Below are positions 62,701 to 64,000 of a DNA stretch of 64,000 nucleotides, in pieces; within the stretch, counting starts at the first letter, position 1; the number at the start of each line of letters is the position of its first letter. Below the pieces are notes generated by a model that saw only the letters and a list, made by a program, of their open reading frames with translations, was not told the origin of the DNA and did not search any database. This DNA is from Nemertoderma westbladi (Eukaryota > Animalia > Xenacoelomorpha): NCBI GenBank assembly GCA_032718475.1, contig JAUCBJ010001140.1:124001-188000 (forward strand), read 5' to 3'. The translations under genes and the position numbers were made by a program.

Positions 62701-64000
62701 TACTTACCGTGATTTGTACTTATTATTGAGAACATACTTACCGTGTTCTAGATTATTATTGAGAACATACTTACCGTGTTCTGTGCCTATTATTGAGAAC
62801 ATACTTACCGTGTTCTGCTATATTAGAACATACTTACCGTGTTCTGATTATTATTGAGAACATACTTACCGTGTTCTAGATTATTATTGAGAACATACTT
62901 ACCGTGATCTGTACTTATTATTGAGAACACACTTACCGTGTTCTGTTCCTATTATTGAGAACATACTTACCGTGTTCTAGACTATTATTGAGAACATACT
63001 TACCGTGTTCTAGACTACTATTGAGAACATACTTACCGTGATTTGTACTTATTATTGAGAACATACTTACCGTGTTCTAGATTATTATTGAGAACATACT
63101 TACCGTGTTCTGTGCCTATTATTGAGAACACTTACCGTGTTCTGTGCCTATTATTAAGAACATACTTACCGTGTTCTAGATTATTATTGAGAACATACTT
63201 ACCGTGTTCTAGATTATTATTGAGAACATACTTACCGTGATCTGTACTTATTATTGAGAACACACTTACCGTGTTCTGTGCCTATTATTGAGAACATACT
63301 TACCGTGTTCTGCGCCTATTATTAAGAACATACTTACCGTGTTCTAGATTATTATTGAGAACATACTTAACGTGTTCTGTGCCTATTATTAAGAACATAC
63401 TTACCGTGTTCTGTGCCTATTATTAAGAACATACTTACCGTGTTCTAGATTATTATTGAGAACATACTTACCGTGTTCTGTGCCTATTATTGAGAACATA
63501 CTTACCGTGTTCTGTGCCTATTATTAAGAACATACTTACCGTGTTCTAGACTACTATTGAGAACATACTTACCGTGTTCTAGACTACTATTGAGAACATA
63601 CTTACCGTGATTTGTACTTATTATTGAGAACATACTTACCGTGTTCTAGATTATTATTGAGAACATACTTACCGTGTTCTGTACTTATTATTGAGAACAC
63701 ACTTACCGTGTTCTGTTCCTATTATTGAGAACATACTTACCGTGTTCTAGACTACTATTGAGAACATACTTACCGTGTTCTGTGCCTATTATTGAGAACA
63801 TACTTACCGTGTTCTGTGCCTATTATTAAGAACATACTTACCGTGTTCTAGATTATTATTGAGAACATACTTAACGTGTTCTGTGCCTATTATTAAGAAC
63901 ATACTTACCGTGTTCTGCGCCTATTATTAAGAACATACTTACCGTGTTCTAGATTATTATTGAGAACATACTTACCGTGTTCTAGATTATTATTGAGAAC
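50793..64000. repeat. Satellite array of 33-34-bp units (roughly 390-400 copies in window, continues past the end)
   Basis: Conserved core (G/A)AGAACATACTTACCGTGTTCT plus a small set of 11-12-nt variants (GTGCCTATTATT, AGATTATTATT, AGACTACTATT, GCGCCTACTATT and others). Confidence 0.98.

Noticed and set aside
51388-63240. Short RTYLPC repeat ORFs
   Set aside because: Translations of the satellite, broken by frequent stops
50793-64000. CRISPR array (palindromic repeat plus variable spacer)
   Set aside because: The spacers are only 11-12 nt, come from a few related variants and recur many times; no cas genes; eukaryotic context

Overview
AT-rich eukaryotic (most likely invertebrate animal) genomic DNA that is almost entirely mobile elements and tandem repeats. 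From left to right: an apparently intact, very young CsRn1-clade Gypsy LTR retrotransposon (1-5041, minus); a Sola-like element carrying a tRNA-derived SINE; a GC-rich, integrase-truncated Mag-like Gypsy with a non-canonical RT motif, whose LTR region is interrupted by a complete P-element with an intact THAP transposase; a decayed RTE-type LINE; a head-to-tail Helitron dimer with ~146-bp internal repeats; and many MITEs (Foldback/MULE, hAT, pogo/mariner). Two non-transposon items stand out. One is an intronless 559-aa ORF fusing a degenerate NADAR domain to a degenerate SGNH (OSK-like) domain. The other is a >13-kb satellite of 33-34-bp units, each carrying a U1-complementary 5' splice site in a hairpin loop and an AG|6-nt|GTAAGT micro-exon geometry, directly upstream of a Cys-rich terminal exon on the same strand. 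All family assignments come from motif recognition by eye, with no database search.
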